From an uncultured delta proteobacterium (GTDB lineage: Bacteria; Desulfobacterota; Binatia; UBA9968), in contig CAVSHR010000004.1 in assembly GCA_963727625.1 (NCBI GenBank), positions 1,248,001-1,312,000 on the forward strand: DNA of 64,000 bases, written 5' to 3'. How positions within the stretch are numbered: the first letter of the stretch is position 1; every line of letters starts with the position of its first letter. Under the pieces are notes generated by a model. That model worked only from the letters and a program-made list of their open reading frames with translations. It was not told where the DNA came from and did no database searches. The position numbers and the translations under genes are program-made. Positions 10,623-19,245 of the stretch are shown here, in pieces.

Positions 10623-11558
10623 TTAAGCCACCGCCAGCTTCGTTAGATCTTGCGGCGTTTCGAAGTTATCCACTTCCATGGTCAGCGCGATGCGCTTGAT
10701 CAGCCCTTTGAGCACTTTGCCCGGACCGATTTCTACCGTGCTGCGGCAACCCAAGGAGGCCAGCCTGCGCACCGACTCCTCCCAGCGAACCGGACAAACC
10801 GCCTGTTCTATTAATAAACTCTTGACGCGCTCGGTGTCGAAATTGACGTCGGCTTCGACGTTCGTGACCACACCGACGTTAAAAGGATGGATTGAAATCT
10901 TACCCAACGCTATTTTCAAGCCGTCTGCGGCCGGCTGCATGAGCTGGCAGTGGAACGGCGCGCTGACCGGCAGATCCAACACACGCTTGGCGCCTCGCTC
11001 CCGAGCCAGAACCATCGCTCGCGCGACGGCGTCCTTCACCCCAGCGATAACGACCTGCCCGCCACCGTTAAAATTGGCCGGCGATACCACATCCCCCTGA
11101 CCCGCCTCGGCACAGAGGTTGACTACCGCGTCCATATCCAGACCGAGCACCACTGCCATCGCGCCTTGGCCAGCTGGAACCGCCTGCTGCATCAAACAGC
11201 CGCGCTCGCGCACGACTTGCACCGCATCACGGAACTCGAGCGCCCCGACGGCGACCAACGCGCTATATTCACCGAGGCTGTGCCCGCCAACAAATGCCGG
11301 ACGCAATGGCGTTTCCGCCTCCAACACGCGCAAGGCGGCGATCGACGCGGTAAGAATCGCCGGCTGAGTGTTTTCGGTCAGTTTGAGATCGGCTTCGGGG
11401 CCGGCGAAGCAAAGCTCGCTCACAGAGAAACCAAGCGTGTCATCGGCTTCGGCAAAAACCTCCCGGGCTGCGCTGAATTGTGCGCAGAGTTCTTTGCCCA
11501 TGCCGACATACTGGGAGCCCTGGCCGGGAAAAACGAATGCAACTCGGCTACTCGTCAC
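10623..11558 (-). CDS. fabD: Malonyl-CoA:ACP transacylase
   Basis: FPGQGSQ, GHSLGEY, VSAPFH; GTG 11558 with GGAGG RBS overlapping plsX end. Confidence 0.95.
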   Translation of the reverse strand: MTSSRVAFVFPGQGSQYVGMGKELCAQFSAAREVFAEADDTLGFSVSELCFAGPEADLKLTENTQPAILTASIAALRVLEAETPLRPAFVGGHSLGEYSALVAVGALEFRDAVQVVRERGCLMQQAVPAGQGAMAVVLGLDMDAVVNLCAEAGQGDVVSPANFNGGGQVVIAGVKDAVARAMVLARERGAKRVLDLPVSAPFHCQLMQPAADGLKIALGKISIHPFNVGVVTNVEADVNFDTERVKSLLIEQAVCPVRWEESVRRLASLGCRSTVEIGPGKVLKGLIKRIALTMEVDNFETPQDLTKLAVA

Positions 11559-12666
11559 TCTTCCTCCCCTCCTCCGGCTCGCTTTTGGTTTCAGATTTTT
11601 CACCCAGGGATTCGATTTTGGACTTGAAGCGCTCCCACAATTTTCGCGGCAAGCCTTCCGTCTTCAGACCGGCAACGCCCTCCGCTTCGCTCAACGCCTC
11701 GGCGATATGTCGATTCATCTCCTGATCGACGGCGTCGCGCGCCACTCGAATCGCGTTTTTGATTGCCAACGGATTGGAGCCGCCATGGGCGATAATCCCA
11801 ACGCCGTCCAAGCCGATCAACGGTGCACCGCCGTATTCCGCATAGTCCAAGCGGCGGTACGCTTCCGTGAGTGAATTGCGGCTCAACAAATAACCGACCC
11901 GGCTTGGCCAATTCTTTTGAAATGCGCCCTTCAAGACGTCGCTGGCAAAGCTTGCCACCCCTTCCATCGTCTTAAGCGCGATATTTCCGGTAAATCCATC
12001 GCAGACGACCACATCGACCTTGCCGTTGAAGATGTCGCGTCCTTCGACATAACCGATATAATTGAGGGTCGTCCCTGAAAGCAATTCACTCGCGGCCCGG
12101 GTCAAATCATTACCCTTGCTGTCCTCTTCGCCGTTGCTCAGCACGCCTACGCGCGGTCGGTGCACACCCAAAACCCGCTCGGCATAGATCGAGCCCATGA
12201 AGCCGAATTGAGCCAAGTGGCGCGGTTTGCATTCGACGTTGGCACCAGCGTCGACGATCACCGTCCCTTTATCCCGATTGGGCACGACGACGAGAATTGC
12301 CGGGCGGACGACTTGCGCCAAGGTACCCATAACAAACATGCCGATCGCCATCATCGCGCCCGAGTTTCCCGCGCTGACCATAGCGTCGACGTCGCCGCGC
12401 TTCATCAGCTCGAAACCCACCGCCATGGAGGATTCTTTTTTACGCAGCGCCGCGCTCGGCGACTCGTGCATCGGCACGACTTGAGTTGCGGCAACGATGT
12501 CGAATTTCGGCGCGCCGCGATGCTTGGCCAACTCGCCTCTAATGGCATCCTCTTGGCCGACGAGGACCAAGTCGACGCCGAGATCCTGGGCTGCCAGCAA
12601 GACACCCTCGATCACCGCTCGCGGAGCGTGGTCTCCCCCCATCGCGTCGATGGCGATTTTCGGCAT
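11548..12666 (-). CDS. plsX: Phosphate acyltransferase PlsX
   Basis: IAIDAMGGD, SAGNSGA, DAGANV, VVVCDGFTGN, HGGS; start at ATG 12666. Confidence 0.95.
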   Translation of the reverse strand: MPKIAIDAMGGDHAPRAVIEGVLLAAQDLGVDLVLVGQEDAIRGELAKHRGAPKFDIVAATQVVPMHESPSAALRKKESSMAVGFELMKRGDVDAMVSAGNSGAMMAIGMFVMGTLAQVVRPAILVVVPNRDKGTVIVDAGANVECKPRHLAQFGFMGSIYAERVLGVHRPRVGVLSNGEEDSKGNDLTRAASELLSGTTLNYIGYVEGRDIFNGKVDVVVCDGFTGNIALKTMEGVASFASDVLKGAFQKNWPSRVGYLLSRNSLTEAYRRLDYAEYGGAPLIGLDGVGIIAHGGSNPLAIKNAIRVARDAVDQEMNRHIAEALSEAEGVAGLKTEGLPRKLWERFKSKIESLGEKSETKSEPEEGRKSDE

Positions 12667-12683
12667 ATTTACGGGAAAACTGG

Positions 12684-12866
12684 TTAACTCTCTTGGACTT
12701 GGATCACGGCTCGCCCGCGGTAAAAGCCGCAATGGGCGCAAGCGCGATGCGGCAGCACGGTTTCACCGCAGTTGGAGCAAGTGCTCCACTGCGGCTTGGC
12801 CAGGCCGTCGTGAGAACGGCGTTGATTCTTCACTCGCTTCGAGGTTCTTCGTTTGGGTACCGGCAT
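12684..12866 (-). CDS. rpmF: 50S ribosomal protein L32
   Basis: [15 protein letters not shown]...[13 protein letters not shown]. Confidence 0.96.
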   Translation of the reverse strand: MPVPKRRTSKRVKNQRRSHDGLAKPQWSTCSNCGETVLPHRACAHCGFYRGRAVIQVQES

Positions 12867-12932
12867 CGGCTCAGACCTAATCTTTCTCCGCGCCTTCGCG
12901 GCCGCAACATTTTTTAAACTAAATTCTTGGAC

Positions 12933-13469
12933 TTAACGGTCGACTTTGAGAGTCCGGAAAAACGCCATGCGCGGATCGCCCGTTGCGGCGGAACAAACAC
13001 AGGGTTCCATGTTAAGATTGGCCCCACATCCGCCACACAGGCCCCGGCAGTCATCGGAACAAAGAGGTCTAGTCGGTAATGCCAGCATCACTTGTTCCAT
13101 GATCAACGGCGTCAAATTGATCTCATCGGTCGAATAAAAACTCAAGCCCAGCTCGTCGGCATGGAGCTCCCCGGCGCCGCGGTCCAACTTAGCCGGGTCG
13201 GGTGTCAAAACAAAATCGAATTTTTTGCTCAAAATAAAACTGTAATTTTCCAAACAACGGCCGCAACAGCCGGTAAAACGCCCGCGAAAATTGCCCCAAA
13301 AAAATAACTCCGAGCCGGAACGATAGTACACAAGCTCCACCTCCAGCAAGGCGGGAAAATTAAAATCCCGGTTCTTGCTCCGGGGGTAGATCTGGTTAAG
13401 TTCCTCAACGCTTTCGGAGAATTTTATCTCTCTGGGAGTTTGAGGAATCTCGTCGACGGAGATTTTCAT
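12933..13469 (-). CDS. yceD: DUF177 / YceD family protein
   Basis: CGRCL, LCSDDCRGLCGGCGANLN...C, DPR; upstream of rpmF. Confidence 0.9.
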   Translation of the reverse strand: MKISVDEIPQTPREIKFSESVEELNQIYPRSKNRDFNFPALLEVELVYYRSGSELFFWGNFRGRFTGCCGRCLENYSFILSKKFDFVLTPDPAKLDRGAGELHADELGLSFYSTDEINLTPLIMEQVMLALPTRPLCSDDCRGLCGGCGANLNMEPCVCSAATGDPRMAFFRTLKVDR

Positions 13470-13501
13470 CAGCGGTCGTGCGGGCCGTTCAGCGTTCTCT
13501 G

Positions 13502-13529
13502 ACTATAGACAATTCCGCTTCATTGTCAA
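13502..13529 (-). promoter_or_regulatory. Putative sigma70 promoter for yceD-rpmF-plsX-fab operon
   Basis: Minus strand TTGACA-N16-TATAGT about 30 nt upstream of yceD ATG. Confidence 0.6.
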
Positions 13530-13685
13530 GTTGAGAGCAATTTGCCAAAGTTGAAAACATCATGATTTATTCGTTACTTCCAAACCCATAGGCAGCGTCG
13601 AAACGGGGTTTTCGAAGGCTTTCGCCAGAGCCTGCGCCGCCTTGAGTATTCCGGTGCTTTTTGTTAACCCTTTTTTGTTTATTCC

Positions 13686-14096
13686 ATGAATTTTCCATGC
13701 TCACTCAACGCCCTGTGGCGCGACAAGCGTTTGATTTCTTTCAATCGCGCTCTCGGCCATGCATTCAGCACCCGGGTCTATAAAATCGGCCTGCGCTTCG
13801 GTTTGCAGGGCGAAAGCCGGAAGGAAATTTTTGCCGCGCCCAAATTTCTCAATCGGCTTGATATCGATGGCGTCAAGCGGCATAACTTGCACGTTGTCAA
13901 CGGCACGGCTCTGGAGAAATATTACCAAGCGAATACGGTTGCTCCGCAATGGTCGATCAATACGCTCGGCATTCACAATGTCATCTTCAAGGCACCCGAA
14001 AGCCGTGACACTTGGCAAGGTCGATTCTTTCCGCACGAACGAGAGAGCCTTATCGAGCAAGCGATGCCCGGTTCGCTCCAAGGAGTGGCGACTTGA
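13686..14096 (+). pseudogene. Internally deleted YhcC (TIGR01212-type) radical SAM gene remnant
   Basis: N-terminal SFNRALGHAFSTRVYKIGL joined to GLQGESRKEIF...LDIDGVKRHNLHVVNGTALEK and C-terminal APQW...DTWQG; no cysteine cluster motif; 136 aa. Confidence 0.65.
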
Positions 14097-14995
14097 ACGG
14101 TCATATTGGTCTCATCCATTCGATCCTGCCGGCCACGGTGGATCTCCAGGTAAAAATTCCGGAGAGCCATCCGTCAGCGCGCAATCTCGGCTCGGAACGG
14201 GTCGGCTCCGGCACGATCGTCGACCCCGACGGTTATATTTTGACAGTTCATTACGTCACGATCGGCGCCGCCTCTATCACGGTGACCCTGCCTGACGGCG
14301 AGCAATATCCCGCGCAAGTCGCCGCCCAAGACCAAGAGACCGGCCTTTCCCTGGTGAAGGTTGCCGAGCGAGGGTTGCCCTGCCTCAAGTTGGCAGCGCC
14401 CGATTCGGTCGAGCTCGGGCAACCCGTGGTCATGGTCGCGAGCAGCGGCCAAGCGGCGCGCCGCGTCAGTGGCGGTTATGTAACGTCGCTGGAGTGTTAT
14501 GACGGCCAGTGGGAATACATGATCGACAAATCGATCCGAATCACTGCTATCAACCCCGGGTTCGGCGGCGGCACCCTGGCGAATTTCCGAGGTGAATTGA
14601 TCGGCGTGGTGTCGTTGAACCTAAGCGAAGTGGGCAAATTCTCGCTCGCTATTCCGATCGAGTACTATCGAACCTACGAACAAGAACTCAAACACTACGG
14701 CCAGGTTCGCACCCGGCCGCGCCGCCCATGGTTGGGTATTTACCCCCAAGCGATGGCCGGACATGTGGTGATCGGCGGCGTCGTGCCCAACGGTCCAGCC
14801 GCTAAATTCGGCTTGTTGCAAGGCGATATTATTTTAACTGTCGAAAAAATAGAAATCCGCACCCGCGGGGAGCTTTACCAGGAAATGTGGAAGAAGCGCC
14901 CGGGAGAACGGATCTCGTTTCACATACTGCGGGACGATCAGTCTTTTGATCTGGAGGTTGTCGGCGGCGATCGCGCCGACCGTTATCGCTCCTAA
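14093..14995 (+). CDS. HtrA/DegP-like trypsin + PDZ protein, catalytic triad substituted
   Basis: GSGTIVDPDGYILT, INPGFGGG, RPWLGI + PDZ; likely TTG start 14093 after AGGAG, overlapping previous TGA. Confidence 0.8.
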   Translation: MNGHIGLIHSILPATVDLQVKIPESHPSARNLGSERVGSGTIVDPDGYILTVHYVTIGAASITVTLPDGEQYPAQVAAQDQETGLSLVKVAERGLPCLKLAAPDSVELGQPVVMVASSGQAARRVSGGYVTSLECYDGQWEYMIDKSIRITAINPGFGGGTLANFRGELIGVVSLNLSEVGKFSLAIPIEYYRTYEQELKHYGQVRTRPRRPWLGIYPQAMAGHVVIGGVVPNGPAAKFGLLQGDIILTVEKIEIRTRGELYQEMWKKRPGERISFHILRDDQSFDLEVVGGDRADRYRS

Positions 14996-15417
14996 TCGTC
15001 GCCTCCGGCTTTTTTAATTTTACCCTTTCCTGTGACTTTGACAGCGATCGCTGGGGTGTAAGCTTGCGGTTGGTACTTGATCAACGCTTGATCGGTCACT
15101 TCCAAATCGCGCAGCTTGACGTTGGCGCCGTTCTTTTCGATCTTGGTCTTCTCGTCTACGCCCACGACCTCTTGTCGAACCTTGCCCTTGCGCACCAATT
15201 GAAACGTGATCGTTCGCTGGCCCACGGAGCTAATCACCCCTTGGACCTCGACCACCTTGGTCTTGGCGGCTTTCTTACTGGCGGCTTTCGCGGTTGCCGG
15301 CGCCGTTGCCGCCGGCTTCGACGCGGCTTGCTTTTGAACCGAACTGCACGCGACAAAAAGTGAGCTCGCGAAAAAAATCCCGACGAGCACGGCAGCATAT
15401 TTGACTGCACTATTCAT
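14992..15417 (-). CDS. Hypothetical Lys/Ala-rich lipoprotein
   Basis: AGGAGGAG RBS, signal peptide with lipobox FVAC, AK-rich linker, small beta-rich domain. Confidence 0.65.
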   Translation of the reverse strand: MNSAVKYAAVLVGIFFASSLFVACSSVQKQAASKPAATAPATAKAASKKAAKTKVVEVQGVISSVGQRTITFQLVRKGKVRQEVVGVDEKTKIEKNGANVKLRDLEVTDQALIKYQPQAYTPAIAVKVTGKGKIKKAGGDD

Positions 15418-15730
15418 TCTTTCTCCTCCTTGGGGTACTGCAAAAGTGCCTCCGATAGTCTTTGTTGCGATTTCGCTCAAATAAAATTTAGAAGCTTAAA
15501 CCATAATTGACTTTGACTTGTCAAGGCGATGCTCCCAACCGGAAAGATTCACCGAGCTTGAGGTCGTTTTGTGACTGCGTGAGCAGCCTTTGGTTAATCA
15601 CTTGGTCCGCCCGAGCGTGGAAAAAGTTTTTGATGATTGAGCGACGGTGTGAATTTGGCCTAACGTGGGGTGTGACCGGCGGGCGACATGCATTGAGAAA
15701 ATTTCGAAAAGGCCGTACTACTCGCTTACT

Positions 15731-16156
15731 ATGGGAAGCGCGCCGGCAAAGCTCACCAACGTCACCTCGTACCGCGTGATCTATGGCGACACCGACCAGA
15801 TGGGCGTAGTCTATTACGCCAACTATTTGCGCTGGTTCGAAAGGGGCCGCTCGGAGTTTCTGCGCCAGATCGGTTTACCCTATTCAATCGTCGAACGTCA
15901 GGGCGTGCACTTTCCTGTGCTGGAAGTGACCTGTTGTTACACGCAATCCGCCCGCTACGACGACTTGATCGAAATCGCTACCGATTTGGCGGGGATTGGG
16001 CGCGCCTCTTTAACATTCAACTATCGCATCTCGCGCCCGGCTGATCAGTGCATCTTGGCCACCGGAGCCACCAAGCATGCGTCGCTCGATAGCTCGGGCA
16101 GGATCGTGCGAATACCCAAGATCTTGGTCGATGCCATTAGCGCCGCTGGTGGTTGA
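15731..16156 (+). CDS. YbgC/4HBT family acyl-CoA thioesterase
   Basis: RVIYGDTDQMGVVYYANYLRWFERGR hot-dog motif. Confidence 0.88.
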   Translation: MGSAPAKLTNVTSYRVIYGDTDQMGVVYYANYLRWFERGRSEFLRQIGLPYSIVERQGVHFPVLEVTCCYTQSARYDDLIEIATDLAGIGRASLTFNYRISRPADQCILATGATKHASLDSSGRIVRIPKILVDAISAAGG

Positions 16157-16165
16157 GCCGGCAGA

Positions 16166-17332
16166 TTAGCGCAAGTCCCCCGCCGTTGCCACGCTGATCG
16201 CGCCATTGATTTCATCTTGAACTTCGCCGTTGACTTCGACCCGCAATCGCCTTTGGAGTGCGTCGAGCATCGAGCGCAAGCCGATCTGTCCCAGGGCCCA
16301 AGCCGCGTGCCCGCGCACCAAAGGCTCGTCGTCATCGAGCGCGCGAATCAACGCCGCCTCGGCTTCCACGGACTTGAGATTGCCGAGAGCCACCGCGACG
16401 TTGCGCAGTAGTCCCCGCCGTTTCGCACGGAGAATCGCGCTGCCGCGGAAGCGCCGGCGAAACTCCTCCGAAGTAAGGGCTAAAAGCCCGATCAACTCGG
16501 GCGCGTGCAAACCGGCTCTCGGCTGGAATGCAGTTTCGGCGCTGGCCGGAGCTTTTACGTTGTACGGGCAAACTTCCTGGCAAATGTCGCAGCCGAAAAT
16601 ATGATTGCCGATCAGCGGCCTTAGATGCAGCGGAATCGAACCTTTTAATTCGATGGTCAGATAGGAGATGCAACGCCGCGCATCGAGCAGGTAGGGTCCG
16701 ATGAACGCGCCGGTCGGACAGGCCTTCAGGCAAAGCTCACAGCGACCGCACCGATCACGGACCGGCCGGTCATAGACGAGCGGCAGGTCGAGAAATAACT
16801 CACCCAGAAAAAACCATGAGCCGCGGCGCGGCGAAATTAGATGTGTGTTCTTACCAATCCAGCCGAGCCCGGCAACACCAGCCAGATCCCTTTCCAATAC
16901 CGGACCGGAATCGACGAATGCGCGCCCTTGCACCGGTCCGCCATGCAATTTTGTGATGTGATCGAGCAACTCATCGAGCCGGCGCCTAATCAAATCGTGA
17001 TAGTCATCGCCCCAGGCATAGCGCGAGATCCAACCGCTCGATCCGCCGCTTGGATCGGGACGTGGTAACGGCTTGTAATAATTCATGCCGACCGAAACCA
17101 CGGAGGCGGCCCAGGGCACCAAGATTTTTGGATCGCGCCGGAGCATCTCGGTCCGTTTCATGTAAGCCAACTCGCCGGCCAGCCCCCGGCGCAGCCAGCG
17201 CGCGAAGGATTCCTCGTGCGCCGGCAGCTGCACCGCCGAGATACCGACCAGCTCGAAGCCCAACCCTTCAGCCGTTTCCTTGATGCGCCGAGACAGCTTG
17301 GCAACGACCTGCTCAGGGAAATGGTTCATCAC
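16166..17332 (-). CDS. queG: tRNA epoxyqueuosine reductase with C-terminal HEAT repeat
   Basis: SRYAWGDDYH, VDSGPVLER, GWIGKN, CGRCELCLKACP, CISYLTIE, GCDICQEVCP. Confidence 0.95.
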   Translation of the reverse strand: MMNHFPEQVVAKLSRRIKETAEGLGFELVGISAVQLPAHEESFARWLRRGLAGELAYMKRTEMLRRDPKILVPWAASVVSVGMNYYKPLPRPDPSGGSSGWISRYAWGDDYHDLIRRRLDELLDHITKLHGGPVQGRAFVDSGPVLERDLAGVAGLGWIGKNTHLISPRRGSWFFLGELFLDLPLVYDRPVRDRCGRCELCLKACPTGAFIGPYLLDARRCISYLTIELKGSIPLHLRPLIGNHIFGCDICQEVCPYNVKAPASAETAFQPRAGLHAPELIGLLALTSEEFRRRFRGSAILRAKRRGLLRNVAVALGNLKSVEAEAALIRALDDDEPLVRGHAAWALGQIGLRSMLDALQRRLRVEVNGEVQDEINGAISVATAGDLR

Positions 17333-17414
17333 CGAATTCTATTTGCCCTTTTACCGATCGACAAGCACAGGCCCGGCTCGTAGCACCGCGATTTCGCCAC
17401 GGCCAAGGACCGAA

Positions 17415-17864
17415 TTAATGATAGGAGACGTTGTCGTCAGGATCGGAGTCTTCACCATCAAGCAGCGGTTTACGCCCGGCGAAACCGTCTTCGATGCGAT
17501 GCCAAAAACTCACGGTCGGTTCGCCGATCTGCCAACAAAGAAAAACCACCTCGGTGCCGAGCATGCAGGGAAAGTCGATCAACCCCTGCTCCACGCCCTT
17601 GCACACACAGCCATAGGCGTTGACTTCGTCGACCCAGCCGGTGACCTGTCCGATGAGTTTGGCGATCTCGCCGTCCTCGCGAAGCCGGTTCATGAGATTG
17701 GGCGCCTCGGGGTCGAGATGCTCTCTGCGGATCGTCGTTTCACTGGTGCTCTTCAAGCGCCGAACATTTTCGAGAATCTGTTCGACGAGCGGGCGCAGCT
17801 TGGGCAACAATGCGTTGGCTTCGTTGACGGTAAAAAGCCGCGGGTAATTAGGCGAAAAAACCAT
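17415..17864 (-). CDS. DUF2203 family protein
   Basis: FTVNEANALLP, KG..QGLIDFP, LCWQIGE, FWH..EDGFAGRKPL. Confidence 0.85.
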   Translation of the reverse strand: MVFSPNYPRLFTVNEANALLPKLRPLVEQILENVRRLKSTSETTIRREHLDPEAPNLMNRLREDGEIAKLIGQVTGWVDEVNAYGCVCKGVEQGLIDFPCMLGTEVVFLCWQIGEPTVSFWHRIEDGFAGRKPLLDGEDSDPDDNVSYH

Positions 17865-17925
17865 GAGCAGATGCTTCCATCCAGTGAATCTTTAATTCGC
17901 GCCGTCTTTTTTCGACCCGCCGCCG

Positions 17926-19224
17926 TTACAGATTCATACCGCTGCGAATCTGCTTGAGCAAGGCGATGTTATCCGAGTGGCCGGTCATACAGGCTGAAAT
18001 CGCGCCGCGGAGCGGCCGGCCGAGCAGATAGAAATCGCCCAAAATATCCAAAATTTTATGGCGCGCGAGTTCATTGGCGAAGCGCAAATCCGTATTGATG
18101 ATTTTATCGTCGCCGATGATGATGCAATTGTTGAGCTTGCCGCCGCCCGCCAAGCCCATGGTTTGCAGTTTTTCGATATCGCGCATGAACCCGAAGGTGC
18201 GCGCCGGGGCAATTTCCGCTTTGAAAAAATCCAGCCCTTGGAACTGGTAGGTGTGCTCTTGTTCGCCCACCGGCTCGGGATAGCGCAACAAATAATGCAC
18301 CGAAAAAGATTCCGCCGGCGCGATGCTGATCGACTCGCCGTTCTTGGTGTGGATTTCGTACGGTTGGTCAATGACGATCTCGGTACATTGTTCGGACTGC
18401 TCCTCGATACCGGCTTCTTCGATCGCCTGACAAAACTCGATCGCCGACCCGTCCATGATTGGCACTTCGCCTTGGACCTTCACGAGCAAATTAGTGATCC
18501 CATAACTGTGCAGCGCGGCGAGAAAATGCTCCACGGTCCCCACGGCAAAACCCTTGGAACGCAACGAGGTTGCGTAGCCGGTTGAGCCGACGTAATCAAG
18601 GTGCGCCGGCAGCGTCACGTCGCCGGAAATTCCGGTAAACAAAACGCCGCGATTGGCCGGTAGCGGATGGAGAATCAAGCCGGTTTTGACACCCGAGTGA
18701 AGCCCCTGTCCGGAGAGCACCACGCTTTTTTTCAGGGTCTTCTGTTTGATCGCCTGCGAGGCCGCGCCGTCTCTCGGCGCCGCCGTCTTTGTTGGCCGGC
18801 CTTTGCGCGTCCCGTTCGCCGGTTTTTTATGCGCTTCAGTTCCCGGCATCGGGCCGAGAGCGCGCTGCACCGTGAGCAAAAGACCCTCCAGCGAAACCGG
18901 CTTTTCGATGAAGTCAAAAGCGCCGAACTTGGTGGCGGTCACAGCGGTGTGAATATTGCCATGCCCCGAAACCATCACGACGTTGATCGCCGGTTCTTCG
19001 GTTTTAATCTCCCTGAGTAAGCCGATGCCGTCCACCTGGGGCATCCAGATATCCAGCAAAACCAATTCCGGTTTCTCTTGCTTGATCATCTCCAGCACGC
19101 GGGTGCCGTCGGCCGTATCGACGACCCGGTAACCTTCGTCGGTCAAGACCTCGCGCACCGATTCGCGCACGCCGTCTTCGTCGTCGACGACTAGAATCGT
19201 TTTTTGCGTAATCAATTCTTCCAC
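17926..19224 (-). CDS. lpxC: Response-regulator receiver domain fused to UDP-3-O-acyl-GlcNAc deacetylase LpxC
   Basis: aa ~7-122 REC (VVDD, LLDIWMP, SGHG, FIEKP); aa ~161-432 LpxC (QKTLK..GQGLHSG, TVEH, EVPIMDGSA, ARTFGF, RHKILDILGD, GH); one ORF with GGAGG RBS. Confidence 0.92.
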   Translation of the reverse strand: MEELITQKTILVVDDEDGVRESVREVLTDEGYRVVDTADGTRVLEMIKQEKPELVLLDIWMPQVDGIGLLREIKTEEPAINVVMVSGHGNIHTAVTATKFGAFDFIEKPVSLEGLLLTVQRALGPMPGTEAHKKPANGTRKGRPTKTAAPRDGAASQAIKQKTLKKSVVLSGQGLHSGVKTGLILHPLPANRGVLFTGISGDVTLPAHLDYVGSTGYATSLRSKGFAVGTVEHFLAALHSYGITNLLVKVQGEVPIMDGSAIEFCQAIEEAGIEEQSEQCTEIVIDQPYEIHTKNGESISIAPAESFSVHYLLRYPEPVGEQEHTYQFQGLDFFKAEIAPARTFGFMRDIEKLQTMGLAGGGKLNNCIIIGDDKIINTDLRFANELARHKILDILGDFYLLGRPLRGAISACMTGHSDNIALLKQIRSGMNL

Positions 19225-19245
19225 TCATCCTCCTGGGAAATCGGT

